A stretch of DNA of 64,000 nucleotides from Candidatus Eiseniibacteriota bacterium (GTDB lineage Bacteria; Eisenbacteria; RBG-16-71-46): NCBI GenBank assembly GCA_041483195.1, contig JBGPFC010000002.1:1-64000 (forward strand), read 5' to 3'. The first letter of the stretch is position 1; each line of letters opens with the position of its first letter. Made by a program: the position numbers and the translations under genes. Under the pieces are notes generated by a model that did not search any database, was not told the origin of the DNA, and was given only the letters and a program-made list of their open reading frames with translations. Of this stretch, positions 1 to 9,566 are shown in pieces.

Positions 1-39
1 CTTCAGCCGACCCGTACTAATCAGCCGTGAGGCTTGGCC
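1..39 (+). rRNA. rrl: 23S rRNA, 3' end (partial)
   Basis: GTACTAATCAGCCGTGAGGCTTGGCC matches the conserved 23S 3' terminus; 5S rRNA follows about 60 nt downstream. Confidence 0.85.
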
Positions 40-98
40 GGTAATTCTAATGTGCTTCATCAGCTCCAGCGTCTCGTATTTCGGTTGTCATCCCGATT

Positions 99-214
<116 letters not shown>

Positions 215-222
215 TTATTCAT

Positions 223-257
223 GCGAAAGCCCCGGCCCAACGGCCGGGGCTTTTCGC
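223..257 (+). terminator. rRNA operon terminator hairpin
   Basis: AAAGCCCCGGCC-caac-GGCCGGGGCTTTT directly after 5S. Confidence 0.85.
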
Positions 258-476
258 TTGTGCCCTCGCCGGCCGCAGCTGGCGCGCGCCGGCCAACGCG
301 AGCCAGCTGCGCCCACACCGCGGAGGCCCTGCCCGTGCGGGGGCACGGCTCGGCGCTCCGCCCGTACCCCCCGGGCCACGGGGCACCATTTCCAGGGTAC
401 TGGCAAATCGCAAGCTCAGGGTGTAAACGTGCCGGGTGCAATCGACTGGCGCGAAGGCGGAGGGTGCCCCGACGAG

Positions 477-492
477 CGGCACGGCACCTGCT
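477..492 (+). promoter_or_regulatory. possible sigma54 (-24/-12) promoter
   Basis: CGGCACGGCACCTGCT has GG-N10-GC spacing and about 2 mismatches to TGGCACG-N4-TTGCW; about 70 nt upstream of ATG 562. Confidence 0.3.
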
Positions 493-561
493 CTTGCAGA
501 ACGATGAACCCTGGCCTGAAAGCCAATCGGGGGCCCAGCGGCCCCGAACCCGGAGGTGAAC

Positions 562-1365
562 ATGTTCCCCCGCACCCGTCTTCTGGTGGCGCTGAGCGTC
601 TTGGGCCTCGCGGTCCAGGTTTCGGTCGCAGGCGCCCAGTTGGTTCCCCCACGGGATCGCGTGCAGTCCGAGCTCGACCTCACCGATCACCGAATCGAGC
701 GCGCGCAGGTGGTGCTCTCGAACTCGAGCAACGCGCGCGCCCAGCTCGAGCTGAACGCCGCGATCGCCCTTCAGGCGCAAGCCAAGACCGCGTTCTCCGC
801 GTCCGAGCTTCTGGTCGCGATGCGGCGCACCATGGATGCCCGCGAGCACGCGGATCGCGCGATCGCCGTGGTTCAGGGCCAGCCCGATCCGGACCAGGTC
901 CGGGCGCAGCTGGAACGCACGCGCGATCTGCTCGAGCGCGCCCGCGACCGGATCGAGGAGTGCAACAACCTGCGCGCGCGCGCCCTGCTCCGCACCGCGT
1001 TCGAGATGCAGCTGCGTGCGGAAGGCGCCGCGACCGACCTGCGCTTCCTCGCCGCGCTCCAGCTGACCATGAGTGCCAGGGAGCGGGCGTTGCGTGCGCT
1101 CCGTCTCTGCAATATCGACGAGAACCTGCGGGAGAGCGCGGAGCGTGCGCTCAAGCGCACCGACGAGATCATCACCCGTGCTCAGGACATCGTCGCCGAG
1201 AAGGGCACGGACCAGGCGCGAGAATCGCTCGCCCGTGCGGGGCAGGCGCAGGATCGCGCCAACGGCGAATTTCGTGCGGAGCACTTCGAGGCCAGCCTGC
1301 GCATGACGCAGGCGGCGCGAGTGGCCGCCTACCGGGCGATCCGCCTCTCGGGCGGCGGTATCTGA
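562..1365 (+). CDS. secreted alpha-helical protein with three ~80-aa tandem repeats, function unknown
   Basis: GGAGG RBS before ATG 562; signal peptide (RLLVALSVLGLAVQVSVAGA); repeats LxxT...ERA...Q.A...T..AR..A.RA. Confidence 0.85.
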   Translation: MFPRTRLLVALSVLGLAVQVSVAGAQLVPPRDRVQSELDLTDHRIERAQVVLSNSSNARAQLELNAAIALQAQAKTAFSASELLVAMRRTMDAREHADRAIAVVQGQPDPDQVRAQLERTRDLLERARDRIEECNNLRARALLRTAFEMQLRAEGAATDLRFLAALQLTMSARERALRALRLCNIDENLRESAERALKRTDEIITRAQDIVAEKGTDQARESLARAGQAQDRANGEFRAEHFEASLRMTQAARVAAYRAIRLSGGGI

Positions 1366-1440
1366 GGACGAGGGCCGTTCCATCCGACGTCCCGGCGCGA
1401 GCCGGGACGTCTTGTTTCCGGGGAGGATCGAGCGGCCGCC

Positions 1441-2865
1441 ATGGTTGAAGCGACCCCTACGCGCGGCCTGGCGCTCCGGGCCGCGACGCGCATGCGCGTG
1501 GCGGCCGGCCCGCGCCGCCGCGCGGCCACGCTCGCGCGGGCCCTGGTCGCACTCGCCGTCGTCGCGGTCGTCGTCGTCTCGCTCGCCGCCCTCGCGCCTC
1601 CGGCGTGCGCGGCCCACGCGCCCGGTGCGGACTCGCTGCGCATCCGTTTCGAGCTCGGTGCGAGCACCGACTACACGAACGAGCTCTTCTACGAGGACAA
1701 CTTCGACAGCAACGCGGTCTTCCTGAATCGGAAGCTCCTCGATTCTCCGCAGACCCTCGTGGGTGGCGTCGCGTTCGCCCAGCTCGAAGGCACGCGCGGC
1801 CGTCGCTCGACCGAATTCCAGCTTCAGAACGAGCTGCACTATGGCGACCTGCTCCAGCGCGACGTGCTGGCCGGCACCCTCCGTTCCGAGTCGTCCCCGG
1901 ACTGGCTGCTGCAGTTCACGCCGAGCGCCGAATACCTTCACGACCGTACGTTCGACCGCAACCTCGAGGAGTGGCGGACGCGTGCCGGCGTTCGCGTGCG
2001 ACGCACGCTATCCGATGGCTCGAATTTCGCGGAGCTCTCGGCGAGCGGAGATCTGCTGCGCTCCGACGGCGTCGGCTCCGAGTTCGTCCTCGATCGCAAC
2101 GCGGCGCGCGCCGCGGTCGCGTTCGAGCGCATGCCGCTGCTGGGCCCCGAGTGGCGTCTGGAATATGGGTTCGCGACGCGCGTGTTTCCCGACTCCGGCG
2201 AGCGCGACCACTTCGAGCACGGCGTCGAAGGCCAGCTCAGGCTCGACCTGCCCGGCGGGCGCCCGCTGATGCTCGAGGGGGGCGCCGAGCGCCGGGTCAC
2301 GATGCGTCTGGCGCCCACCACCCGCGACAACTACTGGGAGGGACGGGCCGCTGCCGAGGCCGACCCCGGGGTGGGGGGGTCGTGGTCGGTGCGCATTCGG
2401 CTCGAGGCCGAGGCCCTGCACTACGATCTCGAAGACAGCACGCTGTTCTTCGACTACGAGGTCGTGAGGGCGCGCGTCGGTCCGCGACTCTCGAGTGGCG
2501 GACCGTGGAGCGTGACCGTGGCGCCGCGCGCGGAGACGCTGTTCAGCCGGCTCGATCCGGCCGAGGGCTACCAGGAGCTCGCCGGGACGGTCGAGCTCGA
2601 GTACCTGAATCCCGGATCGTGGTGGAACGCGACGCCCGCGGCGGGCTGGCGCGACTACGACGAGATCCCGGGATCGGCGGGCGACGCGGCGTTCGGCCTG
2701 CACTCCTCGTACGCGTTCTACGAGCTGGGGCTCCTGGCGGACCAGACGCTGCCGGCGGGGCTCCGGCTGCGCGCATTTCTCAACGGCCGATTCGAGTATC
2801 ACATCGACTCGGCCCAGGATGCCCGCAGCCTTTACTTCTCGCTCGACGTGCGTAGACTGTTCTGA
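1441..2865 (+). CDS. putative outer-membrane beta-barrel protein
   Basis: Hydrophobic signal region; alternating beta-strand pattern rich in Y/W/F; C-terminal LYFSLDVRRLF beta-signal. Start uncertain (1441 or 1492). Confidence 0.7.
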   Translation: MVEATPTRGLALRAATRMRVAAGPRRRAATLARALVALAVVAVVVVSLAALAPPACAAHAPGADSLRIRFELGASTDYTNELFYEDNFDSNAVFLNRKLLDSPQTLVGGVAFAQLEGTRGRRSTEFQLQNELHYGDLLQRDVLAGTLRSESSPDWLLQFTPSAEYLHDRTFDRNLEEWRTRAGVRVRRTLSDGSNFAELSASGDLLRSDGVGSEFVLDRNAARAAVAFERMPLLGPEWRLEYGFATRVFPDSGERDHFEHGVEGQLRLDLPGGRPLMLEGGAERRVTMRLAPTTRDNYWEGRAAAEADPGVGGSWSVRIRLEAEALHYDLEDSTLFFDYEVVRARVGPRLSSGGPWSVTVAPRAETLFSRLDPAEGYQELAGTVELEYLNPGSWWNATPAAGWRDYDEIPGSAGDAAFGLHSSYAFYELGLLADQTLPAGLRLRAFLNGRFEYHIDSAQDARSLYFSLDVRRLF

Positions 2866-2898
2866 CCCTTCCGTCGCGCCTGCCTCCCGGAGATCCCC

Positions 2899-4632
2899 TT
2901 GTCCTCACGCCGGAGCGTTCTCGTCTTCGTGCTGCTGCTGACCGCGCTCGGGACGATCGTGCTGTTCGCGGCGCTCAGCCTCCGCCGTCCGGCGGTCCCC
3001 TCGAGCTCGACATCGGCGGTGCTGCTCGACGTGCCATCGTCGCTCGAGGAATCCGAACCTCCGGATCATCCGCTCGCGCTCGGCCGCCTCCGCCTCCCGC
3101 ACTACACCGTCTTCGCGATGGTGGACGCGATCCACCACGCTTCGCAGGACGATCACGTGGGCGCCCTGGTGCTGCACATCGGCGAGGTGAATTGGGGATG
3201 GGCCAAGCTCACCGAAGTGCGCGATGCGCTCCGTGAGTTCGCGGCGAGCGGGAAACCGCTCATCGCGAGCCTCTCCGGCGGCGGGGAGGCCGAATACTAT
3301 CTGGCGTCCGCCGCGACCACGATCAGCATGCCACCCACCGCCGCACTGCAGCTCGACGGCCTCGCGATCTCCGCCATCTTCATGCGCGGCGCATTCGACA
3401 AGTTCGGCATCAGTCCGAATTTCGAGCACGTGGGGCAGTACAAGTCGGCGGTCGAGGGCTACACGCGCTCCGACATGTCGGCGCCATCACGCGAAGCCCT
3501 CGACGCGCTGCTCGACGACCAGTACCGGACGCTCACCGACAGTCTCGCCGCGGCGCGCGGCGTGCCCCCCGACACCATGCGCGCGCGTGTGGACGATGGT
3601 CCATACGACGCCGCGGCGGCGCGCACGCTAGGGCTCATCGACACGCTGCTCTACGAGGCCGAGGCGGATTCGCTCGCGGCGCGCCGCGGAAGCCGCCGCC
3701 TGGCGACGCTCGGGTTCCAGCGTTACCTGGATCGACTGCGGCCGCCGCGCTCCGGGACGCACATCGCGATGGTGACGGCGTCTGGCGCGATCGCGGCGGG
3801 GCGCAGCCGGGTCGGGCTCGACGGCGAATGGGTGCTGGGAGCGGAAACCCTCATTGACGCCCTGGAACAGGCGCGCGAGCGGCATGCGATCAAGGCGATC
3901 GTGCTTCGCATCGACAGCCCGGGCGGCGATGCCCAGGCCTCCGACGAAATCTGGCATGAGATCATGCGGTGCCGCCGGGTCAAGCCGGTCGTGGCGAGCC
4001 TCTCGGATCTCGCGGCGTCCGGCGGCTACTACATCGCGGTGGGCGCGGACAGCATCGTCGCGGAGCCGTCCACCATCACCGGGTCGATCGGGATTTGCGG
4101 CGGCAAGTTCAACGTCGCGGGCCTGCTGCAGAAGATCGGGCTCAACATCGAGACCGTCTCGCGCGGGCGGCACGCCGAGATGATGTCGCCGTACCGGGAC
4201 TTCACGCCGGAGGAGGCGGAGCGCTACCGGCAGCACCTCGAGGCCTTTTACCGCGGCTTCGTTTCACATGTCGCCGTGAGCCGTCAGCGCTCGACGGCCT
4301 ACGTGGATTCGGTGGGACGAGGAAGGGTCTGGAGCGGGATCGCGGCCCGCGAGCTGGGGCTCGTCGATGCGCTCGGCGGGCTGGACGCGGCGGTCGACGC
4401 TGCGCGCGCCAAGGCGGGTCTGAGCCCGGACGCGGAGATCGTGATCGAGCGATTCCCGCGCGTGCACTATTCGTTCCTTCAACGTCTCGTGGACGGCTTT
4501 TTATCGGAAGACGAAGAGAGCTCGAGCGATTCCGGCGCGTTCTCCGAGGCGCTGCGCGGCTGGATCGCGGCCTCGCGCTTCCGCGCGGGGACGGTGCTCG
4601 CGCTGATGCCGTTCACGCTGACGATTCGCTGA
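2899..4632 (+). CDS. sppA: signal peptide peptidase SppA (protease IV, two-domain type)
   Basis: N-terminal TM helix; GQYKSAVE, LRIDSPGG, AASGGYY, TITGSIG and GRVWSG motifs; TTG start after GGAG. Confidence 0.93.
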   Translation: MSSRRSVLVFVLLLTALGTIVLFAALSLRRPAVPSSSTSAVLLDVPSSLEESEPPDHPLALGRLRLPHYTVFAMVDAIHHASQDDHVGALVLHIGEVNWGWAKLTEVRDALREFAASGKPLIASLSGGGEAEYYLASAATTISMPPTAALQLDGLAISAIFMRGAFDKFGISPNFEHVGQYKSAVEGYTRSDMSAPSREALDALLDDQYRTLTDSLAAARGVPPDTMRARVDDGPYDAAAARTLGLIDTLLYEAEADSLAARRGSRRLATLGFQRYLDRLRPPRSGTHIAMVTASGAIAAGRSRVGLDGEWVLGAETLIDALEQARERHAIKAIVLRIDSPGGDAQASDEIWHEIMRCRRVKPVVASLSDLAASGGYYIAVGADSIVAEPSTITGSIGICGGKFNVAGLLQKIGLNIETVSRGRHAEMMSPYRDFTPEEAERYRQHLEAFYRGFVSHVAVSRQRSTAYVDSVGRGRVWSGIAARELGLVDALGGLDAAVDAARAKAGLSPDAEIVIERFPRVHYSFLQRLVDGFLSEDEESSSDSGAFSEALRGWIAASRFRAGTVLALMPFTLTIR

Positions 4633-4659
4633 GCCCAGGGGTCCCGTGGCGCAAGCGAT

Positions 4660-4690
4660 CGGGGCGGGCTCCCGAACGGAGTCCGCCCCG
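4660..4690. terminator. hairpin between convergent genes (probable bidirectional terminator)
   Basis: CGGGGCGGGCTCC-cgaac-GGAGTCCGCCCCG, 13-bp stem, no U-tract. Confidence 0.55.
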
Positions 4691-4708
4691 CCGTCGCCTG
4701 CCGCTCGC

Positions 4709-5161
4709 TTACTTCTTCTTGGGGGCGAGCGAGTGAATGAACGCGATCAGATTGTCCACGTCCGCCGCCTTGACCTGCCCGGTCTTGACCCATGCCACCA
4801 TTCCCGAGGGGGTCTTGCCGTTGGTGATGCAGTCACGCAGGTAGGCGTCCGTGCGCTTCGGGTCCGCCCAGGTCTTGGGGTCCTTCCAGTTCGGCGTCGG
4901 GTTGCCGGTGAGCTTGACGCCGCCGCTGCCGTCCGCCTTGTGGCAGACGATGCACTTCGTCATGAAGATCGTCTTGCCCGCCGCGGCGTCTCCCTTCGTG
5001 GCGGCGGCCGGGGCGGCGGGGGCTGCGCCCTTCGCCGGCGCAGCGGTGCCCTTGGCCGGGGTCGCGGGCGCGGCGGGCGCCGAGAGCGCGTAGACCGCGC
5101 CGAGCAGAGACATCACGGTGAGAGCAATGGCGGCACGCTGAACGTGGGTGCTGCGAGACAT
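4709..5161 (-). CDS. periplasmic mono-haem c-type cytochrome
   Basis: AAAGGAG RBS before ATG 5161; signal peptide; Ala/Pro/Lys linker; GDAAAGK..F...CIVCH haem motif; distal Met in SGMVAW. Confidence 0.9.
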   Translation of the reverse strand: MSRSTHVQRAAIALTVMSLLGAVYALSAPAAPATPAKGTAAPAKGAAPAAPAAATKGDAAAGKTIFMTKCIVCHKADGSGGVKLTGNPTPNWKDPKTWADPKRTDAYLRDCITNGKTPSGMVAWVKTGQVKAADVDNLIAFIHSLAPKKK

Positions 5162-5381
5162 TGAACAACTCCTTTCGGGGTCTGAATGAACGGCGAGCGG
5201 TTGGGTCGCCGACGGAAGCTGGAAAAAACTAGCGGCCGCGGCGCCTCCGGTCAAACCCCGCCGCAACGATCCGGCCCGGCCGCGAGCGACAACCCACTGT
5301 GTGCTCGCGATCATCTGGGCGCCCGGGGGGAACCGCGGCGCGCACCTTCTTTGGCTCGGCCGACATTTCGAAGCTGTCGCC

Positions 5382-5411
5382 TTGACCAGGTTCGTGTCTG
5401 CGTGTTAGCTT
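5382..5411 (+). promoter_or_regulatory. sigma70-type promoter for the EF-G paralog
   Basis: TTGACC-N18-TAGCTT with extended TG at 5403-5404. Confidence 0.5.
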
Positions 5412-5511
5412 GCGCTGTAGCATTGCTTTACGCCCGCGTACCGGTTCGCAGCTGCCCTCCACAGCTGATCCGACGAGCGTTTCACTGACCTGCCCGGCGG
5501 GGAGGTGTGTC

Positions 5512-7614
5512 TTGAAGGAATTCGCCACCGCTCAGATTCGCAATGTTGCCCTGGTCGCACATCATGGCGTCGGCAAGACGTCCCTCGCTGAAGCCATGCT
5601 GTTCCTCGCGAAAGCCACCACCCGACTCGGCCGGACCGCCGACGGCTCCACGCTGCTGGATTACGCGCCGGATGAAATCCAGCGCCAGATCACGATCAAC
5701 CTGAGCCTCGCCCAGTTCGAGTGGGCCGGGCACAAGGTCAACCTGCTCGACACCCCGGGTTATCCCGACTTCGTAGGCGACGTGCACAGCGCGCTTCGCG
5801 TCGCGGACGCGGCGATCCTCGTGCTGCGGGCAAATGCCGGCGTCGAGGTCGGCACCGAGGTCGTGTGGGAAATTCTCAAGCACGAAAAGTCCCCGGTGCT
5901 GATCGTGGTGAACATGATGGACAAGGAGCACGCGGATTTCTCTTCGGCGGTGCGATCGGTCCACGATCGGCTCGGCTTGAACGCGGTGCCCACCCAGCTG
6001 CCGATCGGGCAGGCCGAGTCGTTCCGCGGCATCGTGGACCTGATCGAGAACCGTGCATTCGAGTTCCAGGGGAAGGGGATGGACGAGAAGAGCCTGGAGA
6101 TCCCGATCCCAGCGGACATGCAGGCCGAAGTGGAAGCGGCGCGCGGCCGGCTCATGGAAGAGGCGGCGACCGGCGACGAGGGGCTGATGGAGAAGTTCCT
6201 GGGCGTTGGCGAGCTCAGCATCGCGGATATTCGCAAGGGCCTCTGCGAGCGCGTCGTTCAGGGCGATCTCGCGCCCGCCTTCTGCTGTTCGGCCTACAAC
6301 AATCATGGCGTTCGCGAGGTGCTCGAAGAAGTGGTGGACGTGCTGCCCTCGCCGCTCGACGTGAATCCGGAGATCGGCCAGGCGGCGGGGAATGGCGGGC
6401 AGGTGACCTGTCGCCCCGATGCGGCCGAGCCGGTCGCGGCGGTGGTCTTCAAGACGCTCTCCGAACAGCACCTCGGCGATCTGTCCATGATCCGGCTGTT
6501 CGCGGGACACGTCGAGCCGGGGCGCGAGCTGCTCAACACCTCGCGCAATCGTTCCGAGAAGATCGGAACGCTCTATCACCTGATCGGCAAGGAGCGCCTG
6601 GAGTGCAAGGGCGCTTCCGCCGGCGATATCGTCGCGGCGGTCAAGCTCAAGGAGACTCACACCGGCGACACGCTCTCCGACAAGGCGCGCCCGGTGAAGC
6701 TGCGCACGCCGCGGTTCCCGGGCCACGTCACCGCCGAGTGCATTCACGCCAAGAACAAGGGCGACGAGGAGAAGATGGCGCAGGGCCTCACGCGCCTGCA
6801 CGAGGAAGACCCCACCTTCAGCCGCCACTTCGAGACCAGCACCAAGGAGTCCCTGGTGTACGGCATGGGCGACCTCCAGCTCGAGGTCATGGTGGACCGG
6901 CTCAAGAAGCGCTTCGGCGTGGAAGTGCTGCTGACCAAGCCACACGTTCCCTATCGCGAGACCATCCGCTCGAAGGCGCAGGACGAGTACCGCCACAAGA
7001 AGCAGACCGGCGGACGCGGCCAGTTCGGCGAGGTCCACCTGCGGCTCGATCCCCTGAAGCGCGGCGAGGGATTCAAGTTCATCGACGAGGTGAAGGGCGG
7101 GGTCGTGCCCAACCAGTACATCCCGGCGGTCGAGAAAGGCATTCTCCAGGGCATGGACCGTGGCCCGCTCGCGGGCTACCCGGTCGTTGACGTCTCGGCC
7201 GCGCTGTTCTTCGGCAAGTACCACGACGTCGATTCGTCCGAGATGGCATTCAAGATCGCCGCCGAGTCCTGCTTCCACCAGGCGATGCTGAAGGCCAACC
7301 CGACGCTGCTCGAGCCGATCGAGGAACTCCAGGTACGCGTTCCCGAGGAGTACCTGGGAGACGTGATGGGCGATCTGTCCTCGCGCCGGGGCAAGATCCT
7401 GGGCGCGGAGGGAGACGGGCACTACCAGGTCATTCGCGCGCTGGTTCCGATGGCCGAGCTCTACAAGTACGCAACCCACCTGCGATCCATCACGCAGGGG
7501 AGGGGCATGCACGAGTCGAGTCATTCGCATTACGAGGACGTTCCGCGCGAGCTGGCGGACAAGGTGATCGCCGCCGCGAAGGCGGAGAAGGAGGCGGGAG
7601 CCCACACGTCATAG
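5512..7614 (+). CDS. fusA: elongation factor G paralog (EF-G2-like)
   Basis: GGAGG RBS before TTG; AHHGVGKTS, DTPGYPDF, EEDPTF, HKKQTGGRGQFG, YHDVDSSEMAFKIA motifs; not in an rpsL-rpsG-tuf operon. Confidence 0.93.
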   Translation: MKEFATAQIRNVALVAHHGVGKTSLAEAMLFLAKATTRLGRTADGSTLLDYAPDEIQRQITINLSLAQFEWAGHKVNLLDTPGYPDFVGDVHSALRVADAAILVLRANAGVEVGTEVVWEILKHEKSPVLIVVNMMDKEHADFSSAVRSVHDRLGLNAVPTQLPIGQAESFRGIVDLIENRAFEFQGKGMDEKSLEIPIPADMQAEVEAARGRLMEEAATGDEGLMEKFLGVGELSIADIRKGLCERVVQGDLAPAFCCSAYNNHGVREVLEEVVDVLPSPLDVNPEIGQAAGNGGQVTCRPDAAEPVAAVVFKTLSEQHLGDLSMIRLFAGHVEPGRELLNTSRNRSEKIGTLYHLIGKERLECKGASAGDIVAAVKLKETHTGDTLSDKARPVKLRTPRFPGHVTAECIHAKNKGDEEKMAQGLTRLHEEDPTFSRHFETSTKESLVYGMGDLQLEVMVDRLKKRFGVEVLLTKPHVPYRETIRSKAQDEYRHKKQTGGRGQFGEVHLRLDPLKRGEGFKFIDEVKGGVVPNQYIPAVEKGILQGMDRGPLAGYPVVDVSAALFFGKYHDVDSSEMAFKIAAESCFHQAMLKANPTLLEPIEELQVRVPEEYLGDVMGDLSSRRGKILGAEGDGHYQVIRALVPMAELYKYATHLRSITQGRGMHESSHSHYEDVPRELADKVIAAAKAEKEAGAHTS

Positions 7615-7638
7615 CGACGCGCGCGACCCCGGAATCCC

Positions 7639-8388
7639 ATGTCCGGCCACTCCAAATGGGCCACCATCAAGCGGAAGAAGGCGGCCACCGACCAGGCCCG
7701 CGGCAAGCTGTTCTCGAAGTACATCAAGGAGATCACGATCGCCGCGCGCCACGGCGGAGGTGACGCCGAGGCCAATCCGAGATTGCGCAGCGCGATCTCG
7801 GCCGCCAAGTCGGTGAACATGCCGGCGGGGAACATCGAGCGCGCCGTGAAACGCGGCACCGGCGAGATCGAGGGCGTCAACTACGAGGAAACGCACTACG
7901 AGGGATACGCCTCGGGTGGCGTCGCGCTGCTGGTCGAGGTCGCGACCGACAATCGCAATCGCACCGCCGGAGACATCCGGCACATCTTCACGAAGCACGG
8001 CGGCAATCTCGGCGAGGCCGGGAGCGTCGCGTACCTGTTCAAGCCGCGGGGCGTGATCCTGGTCGACAAGTCGGCGATCGCGGAGGACGCGCTCATCGAT
8101 ATCGTGCTCGATGCCGGCGCGGACGACGTGAACACGGAGGGCGAGTCCTTCGAAGTGCTCACACCACCCGCCGCGCTCGAGCCGGTGAAGGACGCGCTGG
8201 CCGCGAAGGGGGTGCCGGTGCAGAGCGCTGAGCTCTCCCGCGTCGCCTCGCTCGAGGTGCCGGTCTCCGAGCGGGAGGCCGAGGCGGTGCTCAGGCTGGT
8301 GGACGCGCTCGAGGAGCACGACGACGTCCAGAAGGTCTACGCGAATTTCAGCGTGCCCGACGAAGTGCTTGCCCGGCTCGCGCGCTAG
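7639..8388 (+). CDS. yebC: YebC/PmpR family protein
   Basis: MSGHSKWATIKRKK, NPRLR, YEGY, TDNRNRT, LEEHDDVQKVYAN; upstream of ruvC. Confidence 0.96.
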   Translation: MSGHSKWATIKRKKAATDQARGKLFSKYIKEITIAARHGGGDAEANPRLRSAISAAKSVNMPAGNIERAVKRGTGEIEGVNYEETHYEGYASGGVALLVEVATDNRNRTAGDIRHIFTKHGGNLGEAGSVAYLFKPRGVILVDKSAIAEDALIDIVLDAGADDVNTEGESFEVLTPPAALEPVKDALAAKGVPVQSAELSRVASLEVPVSEREAEAVLRLVDALEEHDDVQKVYANFSVPDEVLARLAR

Positions 8389-8403
8389 CGTTCTAATCGC
8401 GGC

Positions 8404-8949
8404 ATGCGCGTGCTGGGATTGGATCCGGGCAGCCGCCGCACCGGTTTCGGCGTCGTCGAGAAGAGCGGCAATTCCGTCCGCGACATCGAGCACGGATTCG
8501 CCGCGCCCGGTCCGCGCCTCGACCTCCCGCACCGTCTCCACGCGATCGTCGCGCGCATCGGCGAGGTCATGGACCGCCACCGCCCCGATTGCGTCGCCGT
8601 CGAAGAGGCGTTCTACCACGAGAGCGTGCGCTCGACGCTGGTGCTCGGGCACGTTCGCGGGGCGCTGCTGGTCGCCGCGATCGAGCGCGGCCTGGCGGTC
8701 GCCGAGTACAGCCCGCGCGAGGTGAAGCTGAGCGTGACCGGAGGCGGAGCCGCTTCGAAAGAGCAGGTCGCGTTCATGGTGTGCCGCCTGCTCGGAATGC
8801 GCGGCGCGCCGCAGGCGGACGCGGCCGACGCGCTCGCGGTCGCGCTCTGCCACCTGCACCGGGCCCGCATGGAGCGGCCGGTGGCGCGCGCCGCGACCGC
8901 GGCCGCCGAGCGGCTCGAAGCGCTGCTCGCGAGGCGGAGCGCGCGATGA
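8404..8949 (+). CDS. ruvC: crossover junction endodeoxyribonuclease RuvC
   Basis: VLGLDPG..TGFG, AVEEAF, EYSP..VK, ASKEQV, DAADALAVA. Confidence 0.96.
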   Translation: MRVLGLDPGSRRTGFGVVEKSGNSVRDIEHGFAAPGPRLDLPHRLHAIVARIGEVMDRHRPDCVAVEEAFYHESVRSTLVLGHVRGALLVAAIERGLAVAEYSPREVKLSVTGGGAASKEQVAFMVCRLLGMRGAPQADAADALAVALCHLHRARMERPVARAATAAAERLEALLARRSAR

Positions 8950-9557
8950 TCGCTTCGCTGCGGGGCACGCTCTCCGACATCTTCCCCGGGGGCTGCATCG
9001 TCGAGTGCGCGGGGGTGGGCTATCTCGTGAGCGTCTCGGCGCACACCGCGCAGGCGTTGCCGGCGCGCGGCGTGGACGTGTTCCTGCGCACCCGGCAGGT
9101 GGTGCGCGAAGACGCGCTGCTGCTGTTCGGCTTCGCGGACGCCGAAGAGCTGCGGCTATTCGATCTGCTGATCGCCGTGAGCGGGGTCGGCCCGCGGCTC
9201 GCGCTCGCGGTGCTCTCGGGCCTGCGCCCGGCCGCGCTCGCCCGGGCGATTCGCGAGGAGCACGTCGCAGCTCTGGTGGCGATCCCCGGCATCGGGCGCA
9301 AGACCGCCGAGCGCCTGGTCATCGAATTGCGGGACCGGCTCGACGCGACTCATTCGCCGGCGCGAGAGAGCGGGGTGCTGCCGGGGGCCGAACGCTTCGA
9401 CGACGCCATCGCAGCGCTCGTGCGTCTGGGATACACTGCCGCGCACTCGCAGGAAGCGGTTCGCAAGGCCGCGGCCGGGTCGGGTGAGTTGTCGTCCGAA
9501 GAACTGGTGCGGCGCTCGCTCGTGACGCTCGGCAAGTCCGTGGTCGTCGCGCGCTGA
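8946..9557 (+). CDS. ruvA: Holliday junction DNA-binding subunit RuvA
   Basis: MIASLRG, GVGY, VREDA.LLFGF, VSGVGPRLAL, IPGIGRKTAERL; ATGA overlap with ruvC. Confidence 0.96.
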   Translation: MIASLRGTLSDIFPGGCIVECAGVGYLVSVSAHTAQALPARGVDVFLRTRQVVREDALLLFGFADAEELRLFDLLIAVSGVGPRLALAVLSGLRPAALARAIREEHVAALVAIPGIGRKTAERLVIELRDRLDATHSPARESGVLPGAERFDDAIAALVRLGYTAAHSQEAVRKAAAGSGELSSEELVRRSLVTLGKSVVVAR

Positions 9558-9566
9558 GGAGACTCC

